Assembly: GCF_001194135.2 (NCBI RefSeq)
Contig: NC_068984.1
Coordinates: 102,603,760 to 102,656,697 of the forward strand
Reading direction: 5' to 3'
Origin: Octopus bimaculoides
Taxonomy: Eukaryota
DNA length: 52,938 nucleotides
The position numbers were made by a program, and so were the translations under genes. Under the pieces are notes generated by a model. It had not been told where the DNA came from. It was given only the letters and a program-made list of their open reading frames with translations, and did no database searches. Shown in pieces: positions 23,030-34,870 of this stretch (within the stretch, counting starts at the first letter, position 1; every line of letters starts with the position of its first letter).

Positions 23030-24460
23030 TAATGATCTAATTGCGATACGAAAGGAAGATCGGTCTTCGAACTGCAACATTAGGAATTATTGCAACATCT
23101 CTACTTAATGCCCAACCGTAGATTGTAGCTTCAAAATTTTTTTAAATTAACTGGGCAGCAAAACTGTAAAATATTCTTTTCTACCCCCGCCACAAGGCCC
23201 AACATTTTTGAGGAGGGGGGGGCAGTCGATTAGATCAACCCCAGTACACAACTGGTACTTAATTCATCGACTCCGAAAAGAAAGTCGACCTCGGCGGAAT
23301 TTGAACTCAGAACGGAAAGACAGACGAAATAATTAGGCAGTTCGCCCAGCGTGCTAACGTTTCTGCCAGCTCGCTGCCTAAAGCTGTAACATATTACCAA
23401 GACATGTAAATGATCAACTAATCAGCTGAACATGCTTTATCATCTTAGCTAAAGTAACAATGGTTAACAAGGAGGTATTCGAGGTAATAGACCTCTCTTT
23501 ACGTGATATTCATGAAACCTCCATAATAAGTGGCGGAATTGCAATGGTGTTTTCTTGTGATTAGCACCAAAGTACTCCTGTTGTACCATATGAAGGTCAT
23601 GTAGAGAGTATTAAAAATTGTTTTGAAGTTTATACGGCTTTCAAAAATGACTTTAAATCATACGTATCACTAGAAAGATGTGCAATAAGATGACAGCAGG
23701 TGACAGTGGACAACACTTTGTAGAACCTTTGCTAAGAATTAGTGAAGAAAAGATTCAAACTAACAAGCTAAAAATTCCAAATCATCTGAAGTATTTGAAA
23801 TTATATTTTTAGCATATCTTCAAGAAAACTGGAAAGTGTTTGGCATGGCGATCCTGTTTTTGTCCAACGAACGATGGCATTAATAAACTAAGTAGCCTAT
23901 TATTTCTTTGCTTTCTAAGATTGGTTTCTTGGTCAAATATATAAATATTTAAGCAGGAAAAGGATCCTTAATAATGATGAAGCACATCTTTATCCAACTG
24001 AACTTTTAAATACAATTTCAGTGCTCATTATTGATTGTTTGTCAAGCAATGTGCAACTGTTATATTTCTTCGAAATTTTGATGTAGCTGATGTTCATTGC
24101 AATTGGACAAAATGTATTATTAAAAGTCTCAACAGAACAGTTATTTACACTGTTATTGCTTCTAGTGCTCATAATGAGAGTGGTTTCATCAAGTGATCAT
24201 ACACTGTCATTTAAAATGCAAGGGTATCAATTACCTCTGGTAATTTGGTGTGACAAATCCACAAAGGTAAATGCCAAACGCTTTCGAAAGTTGGTATCCA
24301 ATGATTGCTTGGTGATCAACTTTATGAGGCTATATTCAAAGTCTGAAATTCAAGTAAACTTAGCATTACGGCTAAAATCGAGAATGGAGATGGTTTCTAA
24401 ACAGAAAATGTTACGTTTAAATACAGCACGTTAGTTGAGAATATTGTATAATAAACAGAA
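23030..24460 (+). mobile_element. Helitron-type PIF1-family helicase remnant (highly decayed, interrupted by a SINE)
   Basis: The motifs are in the correct order: TATLGIIATSLL (Ia-like), IILAKVTMVNKEVFEVIDLSLRDI..SGGIAMVFSCD*HQSTPVV (II/III-like), QHFVEPLLRIS, and QIHKGKCQTLSKVGI..GDQLYEAIFKV (V/VI-like, TINKSQGQTL..HGQLYVALSRV). Confidence 0.7.
23175..23379 (-). mobile_element. SINE S1, full length, inserted in the Helitron remnant
   Basis: Reverse complement of S1. The flanks CTGTAAAATATT and CTGTAACATATT resemble a decayed TSD. Confidence 0.9.
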
Positions 24461-25462
24461 ATGTGTTATACAATCTTTTTCTGATATAACATAATGTTGA
24501 TATTAAAAACAATGATTTAGTCAAAAAATATGTTGCAGATCCCTCGAATAACAAGTGACATTATTTGGAACAACAAAATTCCAGTACCTTGTGAACCATT
24601 TTGGCTATAAAATACAAAAGGCAAAAGAACCCCTCCCCACCTTAGTTTCTTAGCTCTCGAGTTGATATGACAAGGCCATCTATCGTAATTCTTTCTAGTA
24701 GATCTCCACTGATGGTAGCTTATAATCAGCCGTTTTTTACTTCACTCACATTATCACTTGTCTTAAATAAGAAAAATATGTAGTTGAATGGAAAAGCAAT
24801 TTGTCGTGATCATTATTGAACTTGATTATAACATGTATGTTAATTTCACCTCTATTTATTCAAAGTATTATCAACAGTCACTACGTGTGACGATCAATAA
24901 GCATTTATTCAAACCAGTATGTACCTCACTGTTGTCTATATCACATAAATTACACAACTGACTTGTTAAAACATGAACACAACTATGTAGATTCCTACAA
25001 ACACATTTCTGTAAACAGTATGATATTATTAATGTCCTAATTTGAAACTTGTTATATTTCTCTGTGTGCATTGCTGTCCATTATCAAACCGGTACTTTCA
25101 CAATATCTGAAACAATAAGTGCTGTTTTATAGCTTTGCATTATTGAACAATTCAGACCGGAAGAGGTCAATACTTCTGGTTGTAAGTTGGAAATTAAAGG
25201 GAAACTGACATATAATGATTTTTTGCGTCGTTATTCTCACTCATATATTTTCACTCACATTTCATCGTGTCATTTCAACTCTAGAGCTGCTGTATACAGA
25301 TAAAGCAATATAAGTCATTTGAAAGATCAATTAAGATGTGAAACAAGAATGCCCATTCATATTCCATTTTCTTTATCGTTAGTATAGCTATTAGGGGAAT
25401 ATATACATGTGTGTGTGTGTGTATTTATGTTTGTACATGTATACATATATATATGTATGTGA

Positions 25463-25842
25463 AGATGCAATGGCACAGCGGTTAAGGCAGCGGACTCGCG
25501 GTCATAGGATCGCGGTTTCGATTCTCAGACCGGGCGTTGTGAGTGTTTATTGAGCGAAAACACCTAAAGCTCCACGAGGCTCCGGCAGGGGATGGTGGCG
25601 AACCCTGCTGTACTCTTTCACCACAACTTTCTCTCACTCTTACTTCCTGTTTTTCTTGTGCCTGTAATTCAAAGGGCCAGCCTTGTCACACTGTGTCACG
25701 CTGAATATCCCCGAGAACTACGTTAAGGGTACACGTGTCTGTGGAGTGCTCAGCCACTTGCACGTTAATTTCACGAGCAGGCTGTTCCGTTGATCGGATC
25801 AACTGGAACCCTCGACGTCGTAAGCGACGGAGTGCCAAAAAA
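25463..25842 (+). mobile_element. tRNA-derived SINE family S3, apparently complete
   Basis: A box TGGCACAGCGG and B box GGTTTCGATTCTC. The ~380-bp body is CpG-rich, with 3' hairpins and an A tail. Confidence 0.85.
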
Positions 25843-25857
25843 TATATATGTATATAT

Positions 25858-26263
25858 CAGGGACATGCCGCCTAGGTAGGCAAGGTAAGCAGTGCGTATC
25901 TTGAATAAAATAGATCGATAGCAGGTTTTTCTTTTTATGGCAAAATATGCAACTAATTCAATAAAATTATAAAGGTTACTCTAATTACTATACATAAAAT
26001 GCAAAATATCTTTTGTTTTTGTAGATTAGGTAGGCATAATTCGCCCCTGCTTTTCAATCTCAGTATTTAAGCTATGCATAGCACTGCTGTAGTACACATG
26101 CTGCTACACTCTTACAACACCGTTTTCTTTACGTGCTATAAAGGCAGAAGTAAATCTGCCTTCAACTCAGTCATGCGCCTGTGTTTCTCTATTTTTTTGT
26201 GTGTTTTACTGCATAAAGGGCGCGAACTGCTTACCCTGAGTAATTACTGACGGCACGTGTCTG
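25858..26263. mobile_element. hAT-family MITE with an 8-bp TSD
   Basis: Ends CAGGGACATGCCGCC and (reverse complement) CAGACACGTGCCGTC, with subterminal GGTAAGCAGT at both ends. The TSD GTATATAT is at 25850-25857 and 26264-26271. Confidence 0.82.
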
Positions 26264-26549
26264 GTATATATGTATATCTATATAAGTATACATAGCTACA
26301 CACATACATATATACATATACGCACACATGCACGTGCGTACATACACACGCACGCACATATATACAAAGATAGGTTATGAGACGTAATGGTGTCAACAAG
26401 ACCCAAAGGTGTCAGGTAATGCTGATTAAGTGCTATGGACAGACCATAGTTCAGCTCTAGGTTCGGTGATTATGTGAATAAGGAGTCCAACATAGGTCAT
26501 ATATCAGAATGTGTATATATAAAAATTTTGTTTTTCAGAATGAGATAAA

Positions 26550-26830
26550 AAAAACCAAGGCTGTGAAGAAGTTAGAACATTTATAAATAGAAGGTTTTAC
26601 AGCTGTTTCCGGGATATTTTATATATCCCTTCATCGGAGACGGTGTGAGAAAATAGTTAAGCAATAGTTAATTCAGATAAGATATGAAATAGAGAGTGAA
26701 GTGGAGAAATGAAAATTGATGTGAGATATTGTATTTGTAGATCCATTATTTAGGCAGAATGGTATACATATAAGATTCCAATACCTTGTGAATAAATTCC
26801 AATAGTATTTAAAATTGGTCATTCCAAGTA
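26550..26830. mobile_element. Possible Penelope-like element terminal fragment
   Basis: The motif TTACAGCTGTTTC...CCCTTCATCGGAGAC resembles Penelope-type terminal sequence. No coding support was seen. Confidence 0.25.
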
Positions 26831-26889
26831 TAGAGTTTCTACACAGTGCTATTGAATCGAGGGTTTATTTAAGTGACCTAAAAGTCTTC

Positions 26890-26940
26890 TACTATAGGAT
26901 TTGGTAGACGGAAACTGAAAGAAGCCCGTCGTATATATGT
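26890..26940 (+). mobile_element. SINE S2 internal fragment
   Basis: GGATTTGGTAGACGGAAACTGAAAGAAGCCCGTCGTATATATG, shared with the 28960, 43112 and 46480 copies. Confidence 0.7.
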
Positions 26941-27759
26941 ATATGTATATGTATGTATGTATGTGTGTATGTGTGTGTATAAACTTAAAGTTAGTTAAAA
27001 TATGTTCAGGACATATATACATACACGCACGCATATACACACATACACACCACACACACANNNNNNNNNNNNNNNNNNNNNNNNNNNNNNNNNNNNNNNN
27101 NNNNNNNNNNNNNNNNNNNNNNNNNNNNNNNNNNNNNNNNNNNNNNNNNNNNNNNNNNNNNNNNNNNNNNNNNNNNNNNNNNNNNNNNNNNNNNNNNNNN
27201 NNNNNNNNNNNNNNNNNNNNNNNNNNNNNNNNNNNNNNNNNNNNNNNNNNNNNNNNNNNATATATGTATGTATTTATGTATGTATGTATGTATATATGTA
27301 TATGTATATGTATGTATGTATGTGTGTATGTGTGTGTATAAACTTAAAGTTAGTTAAAATATGTTCAGGACATATATACATACACGCACGCATATACACA
27401 CATACACACCACACACACACACATATATATATATCCATATATATTCGTACAAATGTATATATGGAAGTATGTCTCTTCTGTATTTAATCATTTAAATTCT
27501 TTCTCTGAAGAAAGAGCTGGTTTCTAGCAAAGATACTTAGCTCTACTTTTGGGATGTAGATAACGAAAACAATGCATGTATGTATGTATGTATGTATGTA
27601 TGTATGTATGTATCGAAGGCCTCCATCGTTGTGGTGCAAATCTTCCCTCTCAACGCAACTGACGTTCTCCAGACGAAAAACAACACATGGATCGATACAA
27701 CATTGCATGAGTATCACCGCTGGTGTTGCTCTCAGAAAGTAAATCGTTCTGCCAATCAG

Positions 27760-27875
27760 TTACACCGGACTGATCCTTTTTTTTATCGCAACCCATCGAA
27801 AAATGAAAGCTAAGTTGGTCTCATTTGGAATTGAACTCCCAGCACAGAAAGCCGGAAAATATACCATAAAGTAGA
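27760..27875 (-). mobile_element. Very degraded SINE S1
   Basis: TTTATCG...AAATGAAAGCTAAGTTGGTCTC...GGAATTGAACTCCCAG aligns loosely to reverse S1. Confidence 0.45.
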
Positions 27876-28105
27876 ATAATTAAAATACAGTTAACCAAGC
27901 TACCGAGACGGATATCTCTCAAAAACGTAAAACTACCAGCACTTGCGTTAATGATACGAACTGCAAGAGAAGCAATAACATTTTGCTGACATGAAGAGAC
28001 AGAAGCAATTAGGTAGTCACGCCATGTTGAGCATTATTCAATTATTATACAGACATACGTGCATACATTGGTACAGATTTTAGACAAACGTATGTACATG
28101 AAGAC

Positions 28106-28181
<76 letters not shown>

Positions 28182-28924
28182 NNNNNNNNNNNNNNNNNNN
28201 NNNNNNNNNNNNNNNNNNNNNNNNNNNNNNNNNNNNNNNNNNNNNNNNNNNNNNNNNNNNNNNNNNNNNNNNNNNNNNNNNNNNNNNNNNNNNNNNNNNN
28301 NNNNNNNNNNNNNNNNNNNNNNNNNNNNNNNNNNNNNNNNATATGTATGTATGTATATACATAATGCAACACTACAAAACTTTAACCTAAAATTCTTCAC
28401 CGTTGTTAGCTAAATGCCAACCATGAAGTCCTTTTTTGTAAGAAACCAACACCATGCTTATTGGATTAATTCAAATAATGAAGAAAGGTAACCCCCGAAT
28501 AATTAGAAAATTATAATTAATTAATTAATTATAAATTATTAACTGGGACGGTAAATATATGTTAAAAACCAGTACCATGTACATATACAAACGGATGAAA
28601 ATAAAAACCTGTTTGTATGCGTACACACATGCAAGTGAAAAGATACAAATTCCCACATGTATATACATGCATACGTTCATGCAAACGTACACACGTACAT
28701 GACTACCAAGATGATCTTTAATTTAAAATGAGGTAGTGACATTTTTTTCTCTCCCAAGGAAATAACTTTTGTAAGCGAGGAAGAAATACTGTCTGTTACA
28801 GTTTTAGATATTCTGAGGCAGTAATTGACTGGTTGCTGAATGGAATTTCTTCCTAGCATTCTTCCACTTTGAGTGGAATTTCTTCCAAGCATTTATGAAC
28901 GCAAAGCATCATTACAAAAGTTGG

Positions 28925-29205
28925 CTCTGTGGTAAGAAGCTTGCTTCTCAACCACATGGTTCCGGAGGATTTCGTGGACGGAAACTGAAATAAGCCTGTC
29001 GTGCATATATACATGTATACATATATCATATATATTTATGTGTGTATGCGTGCGTGTGTTTCTGTGTGAATGTGTGTGTGTGAGTTTTTGTGTCTGTTTT
29101 GTCGTCCACCACTGCTTGACAACCGGTGTTGGTGAGTTTATGTACCGTAACTTAGCGTTCGGCAAAATACACCGATAGAATAAGTACTATGCTTTAAAAA
29201 AAACC
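28925..29205 (+). mobile_element. SINE S2, internally deleted, with an internal (TA)/(TG) microsatellite
   Basis: GTGGTAAGAAGCTTGCTTCTCAACCACATGGTTCC...GGACGGAAACTGAAA...microsatellite...TTGACAACCGGTGTTGG...CCGATAGAATAAGTACT. Confidence 0.78.
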
Positions 29206-29984
29206 CTTGAAGCAAAATATTGATTCAATCCAGATGACTTTTCGAAAGCAACATGAATCACTGTTCTAATATCTATAAGTCCTTAATAATTTTGTTGGTT
29301 AACAGGAATATCCTAGTACATCTGTAGAAGCAAAAATTACGATCATTCCACCGTCTGCAGCTCATAATTGACTTCACAGTTGCTGCAAGACTGACTTATC
29401 AAAAATTTCGGAACTCTCTTACGTGTATTGTTTATAGTTCTAAACATGCTAGAAACTTCTTTTCTTGAAGTAGGTCACATTCTTTTTTATATTGGACTTA
29501 TAAGGATTTACTTCCTCCTCAGTAGGTTATAGAATTTGGAATATGTTGTGCCCACTTCACAAAGAATAGCGATTTCCTTTTTAATACTCATATTGCATAA
29601 GGTTTCGTTTTCCTTTAATAGTATACCTTTCACATAAAAGTAAAAAGATATGGCTAAAAGAGTAAAAAATATGGACTATGTTTGCATAACGTTTGATTTA
29701 AGCAATGAAAGAAAATCCTGGAATATATTTCCATTTAAAAGAAATCTAAAAGTAAACTTGACAATTCAAATAGATTTCAAACTTTTTACTATAAGTAAAA
29801 ACAACCCCTCCATACATTTTCTATATACTATTTTATCTCTTCTGTCTTTTGTGATATATATATATATAATATTTTATCTCTTCTCTCTTTTGTGATATAT
29901 ATATATATATATATATATATACATGATTACATGCATATATGTGCATATGTATAAATATATGTGTATACGCGCACATGAAATATC

Positions 29985-31204
29985 ACCAAATGAGGGTTAT
30001 TTAGAAACATAGTCCCTTTTGCGCCCCACACACCTCTTCCATAGGTATTGTACTGCTTTGATCCCATTGGTGAAGAGGCTTTCATGCAGTTGGTAAAAAG
30101 GCATCGACAGCAGTTATGACATCATCACTGCGATACTAGTTCCCAACCAACTGTTTTTTCATGTTGAGGAACAAATGATAGTCAAATGGGGCGGAATCGA
30201 GAGAACAGGGAGGATAATAAACCAGTTCAAAGCTCAGCAGCCATTGAAGCCTAGGAATTCTGTGCTGGAGCTTTGCCCTGATGAAACAAAACACCTCTCG
30301 TCAGTTTCGCTTGGCGTTTGTTCTGATAGCATTTCGTAACTGCTTTCGTTGGCATAGTACTCTCTGTTGGTGGTGTGGTCCTTTTGAAGATAGCCAATGA
30401 ACACAATACCTTTTGCATACCCCAAACTGAGGCTAACACCTTCCCTGCAGAGGAAACGAACTTGGTCCTCTTTGGAGCGTGGAAGGATGGATGTTTTCCC
30501 TACATAGATTGTCTCTTTGTCTCTGACTCAAATTTATGAAGCCGACACTCATTCGGGGTTAGGAAACGTTGAAGGAAACCAGCTGGATCTGCCTCATATA
30601 ATGTTAGATTTTCTCGTGATGTGATCAATCTGGTGCTCTTTTGATCTGGTGTCGGAAGACGGGACACCTTCGTACTACAAACCTTTGTCATGCTCAGTTC
30701 ATTGTGCAGAGTATACTCAACTCTCTCATGCGGTATGACAATAACATTGGCTATTTGATTTATAGTCAATCGCCTGTCATTCATCACATAGTGATGACTG
30801 ACAGGCGAGGAAACCATGATTAATGGTTTCCTCGCTGGTGGCAGTTGCAGGACGTCCAGACTTAGGGTCAACTTCAAGACTCTCCCTTCCCCTCCTAAAT
30901 TCAACAGCCTACTTTTGCTCAGTTGCTAACAATAGAGCATCATCTCTTAAGGTAGTGACTATGTCTGTTTGAATGTCCTTGGGGCATAAACCCCACCTTT
31001 TTTTTTGGACTACCTGATAACAAATTCTGTCAATTTTCAAGAGAAGTCACTACTAGTTACGATTTAACAGTTAGATGTCAGTTTACTAGGAAAGGAACAA
31101 TGCAGTTATTAATAAGTAGCGTTGAAAGTAATGCGTGCAAGGTTTCACAGCTCTAGCATCACTCCTTCATAGTTAGCCCAAGGACTTTTGAACCTGACCT
31201 TGTA
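29985..31204 (-). mobile_element. Mariner (DD34D-type) transposon, decayed
   Basis: Minus strand STKVSRLPTPDQK (WVPRLL-like), FLTPNECRLHKFESETKRQSM (TGDE..EPETK-like), HQGKAPAQ (HDNA-like) and PPCSLDSAPFDYHLF (YSPDLAPSD). A TIR-like end TACAAGGTCAGGTTCAAAAGTCC lies at 31204; the other end was not found. Confidence 0.85.
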
Positions 31205-31767
31205 GCTATTATAGTATATCCACACATACATCTATAGCTATACAAGCACTCTCAAATTTACTTGAGTGCATGCAAAGCCACACATACAACTACTTATATG
31301 GCCACATCAACTTATATATTAAAAGATCAGTGGAAATGTTTTGACTCAAGGAAGATTGCGTTGCTACGTTGTTATGACTGGCTTGAATTCTGGGAAATAC
31401 TAAATCAAATCTAACAACCACCACCACCGCCGACACCATGCCATCGCCGCTGCCGTCGCCTCCTTTGCCACCATCAAAATATACATATATCACATACAAA
31501 AATTATGTATAGTTGAAAAGATAAGGTGTCAAACATGAGAACGCTTCATTTAAAATCATTGAGAAAGATAACATTTATGTTCAACTACTTCAAAACCTAC
31601 GTCTTCTTTACTCACATTATATATTTACATTAATATTAATATTCATAAATTAATATCCATAATCATTAGCATACAAGGTTATGTTGTTGATAATATTCTC
31701 AGAAGGCTGGATTATTTATGAAGAGAAGTAGACCATACACGCACACACAGACATCCATATCGCTGTC

Positions 31768-31852
<85 letters not shown>

Positions 31853-32065
31853 TATACATATGTAATTATATATGTTTATATATAGTTACATATGTGTGCG
31901 TGTATATATCTATACACGCACGCATTCATTCACAAAGAATGCAGTGATGCTACATTTGTATTTTGAAAGCTCGTACGCAAATGGTTGTAACGAATGGTTT
32001 GTTGTGGAAACACACAAAAGCTCCAAGTTTTGTCGTATTTCTTTACAAATGCCAATAAAAATTGA

Positions 32066-32290
32066 GTGATTTACAACTTGAGGGATTTAATGTTCCACTG
32101 ATGATGGAATGGATTGAAGGTGGATCGATACAAAATCTCTTGGTACTACTTAACTGACTCATAGATGAATGTGAATGGAAGCAATAAAATATCTAGACAT
32201 TAATATTACGTAATATTCTCTTGACGACTGACATCTTAAAAATGTCATGTGACTTGTGGGCATTTCTTCACTAAACAGCCGAATGGTTTC
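32066..32290 (+). pseudogene. Decayed protein-kinase-like fragment (subdomain IV-VIa region)
   Basis: QLEGFNVPLMMEWIEGGSIQNLL resembles the kinase hinge motif (M/F)E(Y/W)xxGGS. After a frameshift, MEAIKYL...HLKNVM resembles L.YLH...DLK..NVM. Stops on both sides. Confidence 0.4.
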
Positions 32291-32645
32291 ATACATTTTT
32301 TTTTTATTTCTGTATATGGGAGAATAAGCTGCAGTATAACTATTATGGTTAAGCACATGAAAACAAGTTTGCTGGAAGGAAACCGTGACTTGAAGAATTT
32401 CGCGCATTTATATGATTTCTAATGACCATGTTCCAGGAAATGAGTACAGGATCTAGGCACTTAGGGAGAAAAACTGCCGAAAAATAAAGATAGTATCTAA
32501 TACAAATTATTAGTTCGTCAAAGACAATCAGTTATTCAGCCGCTGTTCTTCTGTTTCCAAAATGTGTTGCATGTCATTGTATTGTAAATTTATGTAAAAA
32601 TGCCCTTAAGTTACATGTAGATCTTTTTCTCATCCAATAAACTGA

Positions 32646-32992
<347 letters not shown>

Positions 32993-33002
32993 NNNNNNNN
33001 NN

Positions 33003-33350
33003 TCTGAAGACGAAAACAATACCTATTGTCATAGGTGCCCTGGGAATGACAGCGAAACGGGTTGATTACTACCTAGCTCAGATACCAGGAAACCCCAAAA
33101 TGGCTAAAGTTCAAAAGATAGTGCACATGGGAACTGCCCATATCCTACGTAAAATACTGTCTATGTGATCTCAAATTTTAAAACATTCTCTAGAACAACA
33201 CTGTACAAATTCAAATATATGGTACCCTAGGCATAACACCTACATGAACTTCTAACTTGTTGTTCCTTGAGGTCTCTGGGTGAGACTTGGATCCAACTTG
33301 TACAAATGCAAAGCAAAAGTCAAACATAAAATAATAATAATAATAATAAT
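33003..33350 (+). mobile_element. R4/Dong-like LINE 3' end (lineage C) with an (AAT)n tail
   Basis: LKTKTIPIVIGALGMTAK...KVQKIVHMGTAHILRKILSM*, then the 3' UTR and (AAT)n. Confidence 0.88.
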
Positions 33351-33351
33351 C

Positions 33352-33780
33352 GCCATGATAAAGTCAGTAAGTCTTTGCACTGTATCATATGCCTCAAGTT
33401 TTGACTCCCATATGAGAAGAACATAAACATGGCAAAGTAGATTTGGGAGTGTAGCATTCAAACTGATCTTACTATTCAAGCAAACAGACCAGATATTGTG
33501 GTAAAAAATCACATTGCTCGTAGATATGTCACTCCCGGCAGACTGGAGCACTTCTATAAAAACATTTGATAAGTAAATACAAAGACTTTCAAATGAAGGT
33601 TTCAAAAATGTAGCATCTAAGAACGATGAATATACCTCTGCTCATCAGAGCTTTGGAGATAATACTTAATAGCTCTTATAAAACTATAGTCATATAGCAG
33701 CTAAGGCAAAAATACCAGAACCACAAAAAAATTGTTTTAAGTGTAATACTCATATCCTTGGAAAAACACTATTAACCTCA
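33352..33780 (+). mobile_element. Older degraded Dong-like RLE fragment
   Basis: HDKVSKSLH, IWECSIQTDLTIQANRPDIVVK, VDMSLPAD, NIPLLIRALEII. Confidence 0.75.
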
Positions 33781-34247
33781 GAATATCTAATTTTCTTAAG
33801 TCTTCCAAAATAGCAAATATCAGAAATTTAGTGGAAACTTCATTCTCAGTTTTTAGTCTCCTTTCCCTACAATACAGCATTACTAATCGTTACTAGCATC
33901 CGCAATGAAACGTCCAACTTAGTGTTACTTGAGCGCTCTGAGTGAGACTTGGAACAAGTAATATAAGACAAAACAGCGAAAACAAGAATAATAAATGCTG
34001 AATACGAATATAATGCATTCCTAAGGTAAATGTGACGGTATACTAAAATGAAATTAGGATGTGCTAAAAGAGTTTTATTACAGACTTCAACACCTGACTG
34101 AGTCGTAGAGGTTCCTCTCCTTATACATACGTACATATATATACATACAAACAAATATATGTATTTGTGTCTGTATATATATATATATGTATAATTCGTG
34201 TGTGTGTGTGTATAAATATATGTACCTTATGTGTGTGTATTTATTTA

Positions 34248-34328
<81 letters not shown>

Positions 34329-34447
34329 CTAAGCCAAGTGTTTAATATCCCACTCGTGAGGGATCGATGCTATATGGGTTGAAATAATTATGATCAATAA
34401 ACTTTCTCGCATCTTCCATCTTTTGTCTCTCTCATTAATCATATACA

Positions 34448-34480
<33 letters not shown>

Positions 34481-34870
34481 GGGCGTGCGTGTGTGTGTGT
34501 GTGTGTGTGTATGCAATGCATCCCGGCGTTGCCAGGGTGTTATGACCTACAGTCATGTTGTGTTATTTGTTCCTTTTTTTATGGGTAGAATCAGCACTTA
34601 GAAATAGGATGTCTTTCGATTTGGTGGCAAAATTATGACAAGCTGTGCATATGTAAACTCATGCAGGAAAGATAGTGTGTCTTTCGGCTGAGAGGAAATG
34701 AAATAAAATCTTAAATAAATCCAGAGCTGAAAAAGAAATTACTGACCAATTCCATGGTCATTTGAAAAAGGAATGAATGGCAAAAGAAACAAGAAGAGGA
34801 AAGACTTGTGGGGAGGATAGGGAAGAAAGAGTAATTGGTGAGTCGAAAGGAAGATGCGCATGTGTGTATA

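Noticed and set aside
26942-27419. ~120-bp direct repeat on either side of gap 27061-27259
   Set aside because: Identical sequence flanking a scaffold gap, most likely unmerged overlapping contig ends.
28837-28893. 33-bp-period duplication; similar small ones at 47505-47548 and 40695-40740
   Set aside because: Ordinary local slippage duplications.
29290-29620. GMIVIFASTDVLGY on the minus strand, reminiscent of a MULE motif
   Set aside because: A single short motif with no second supporting motif.
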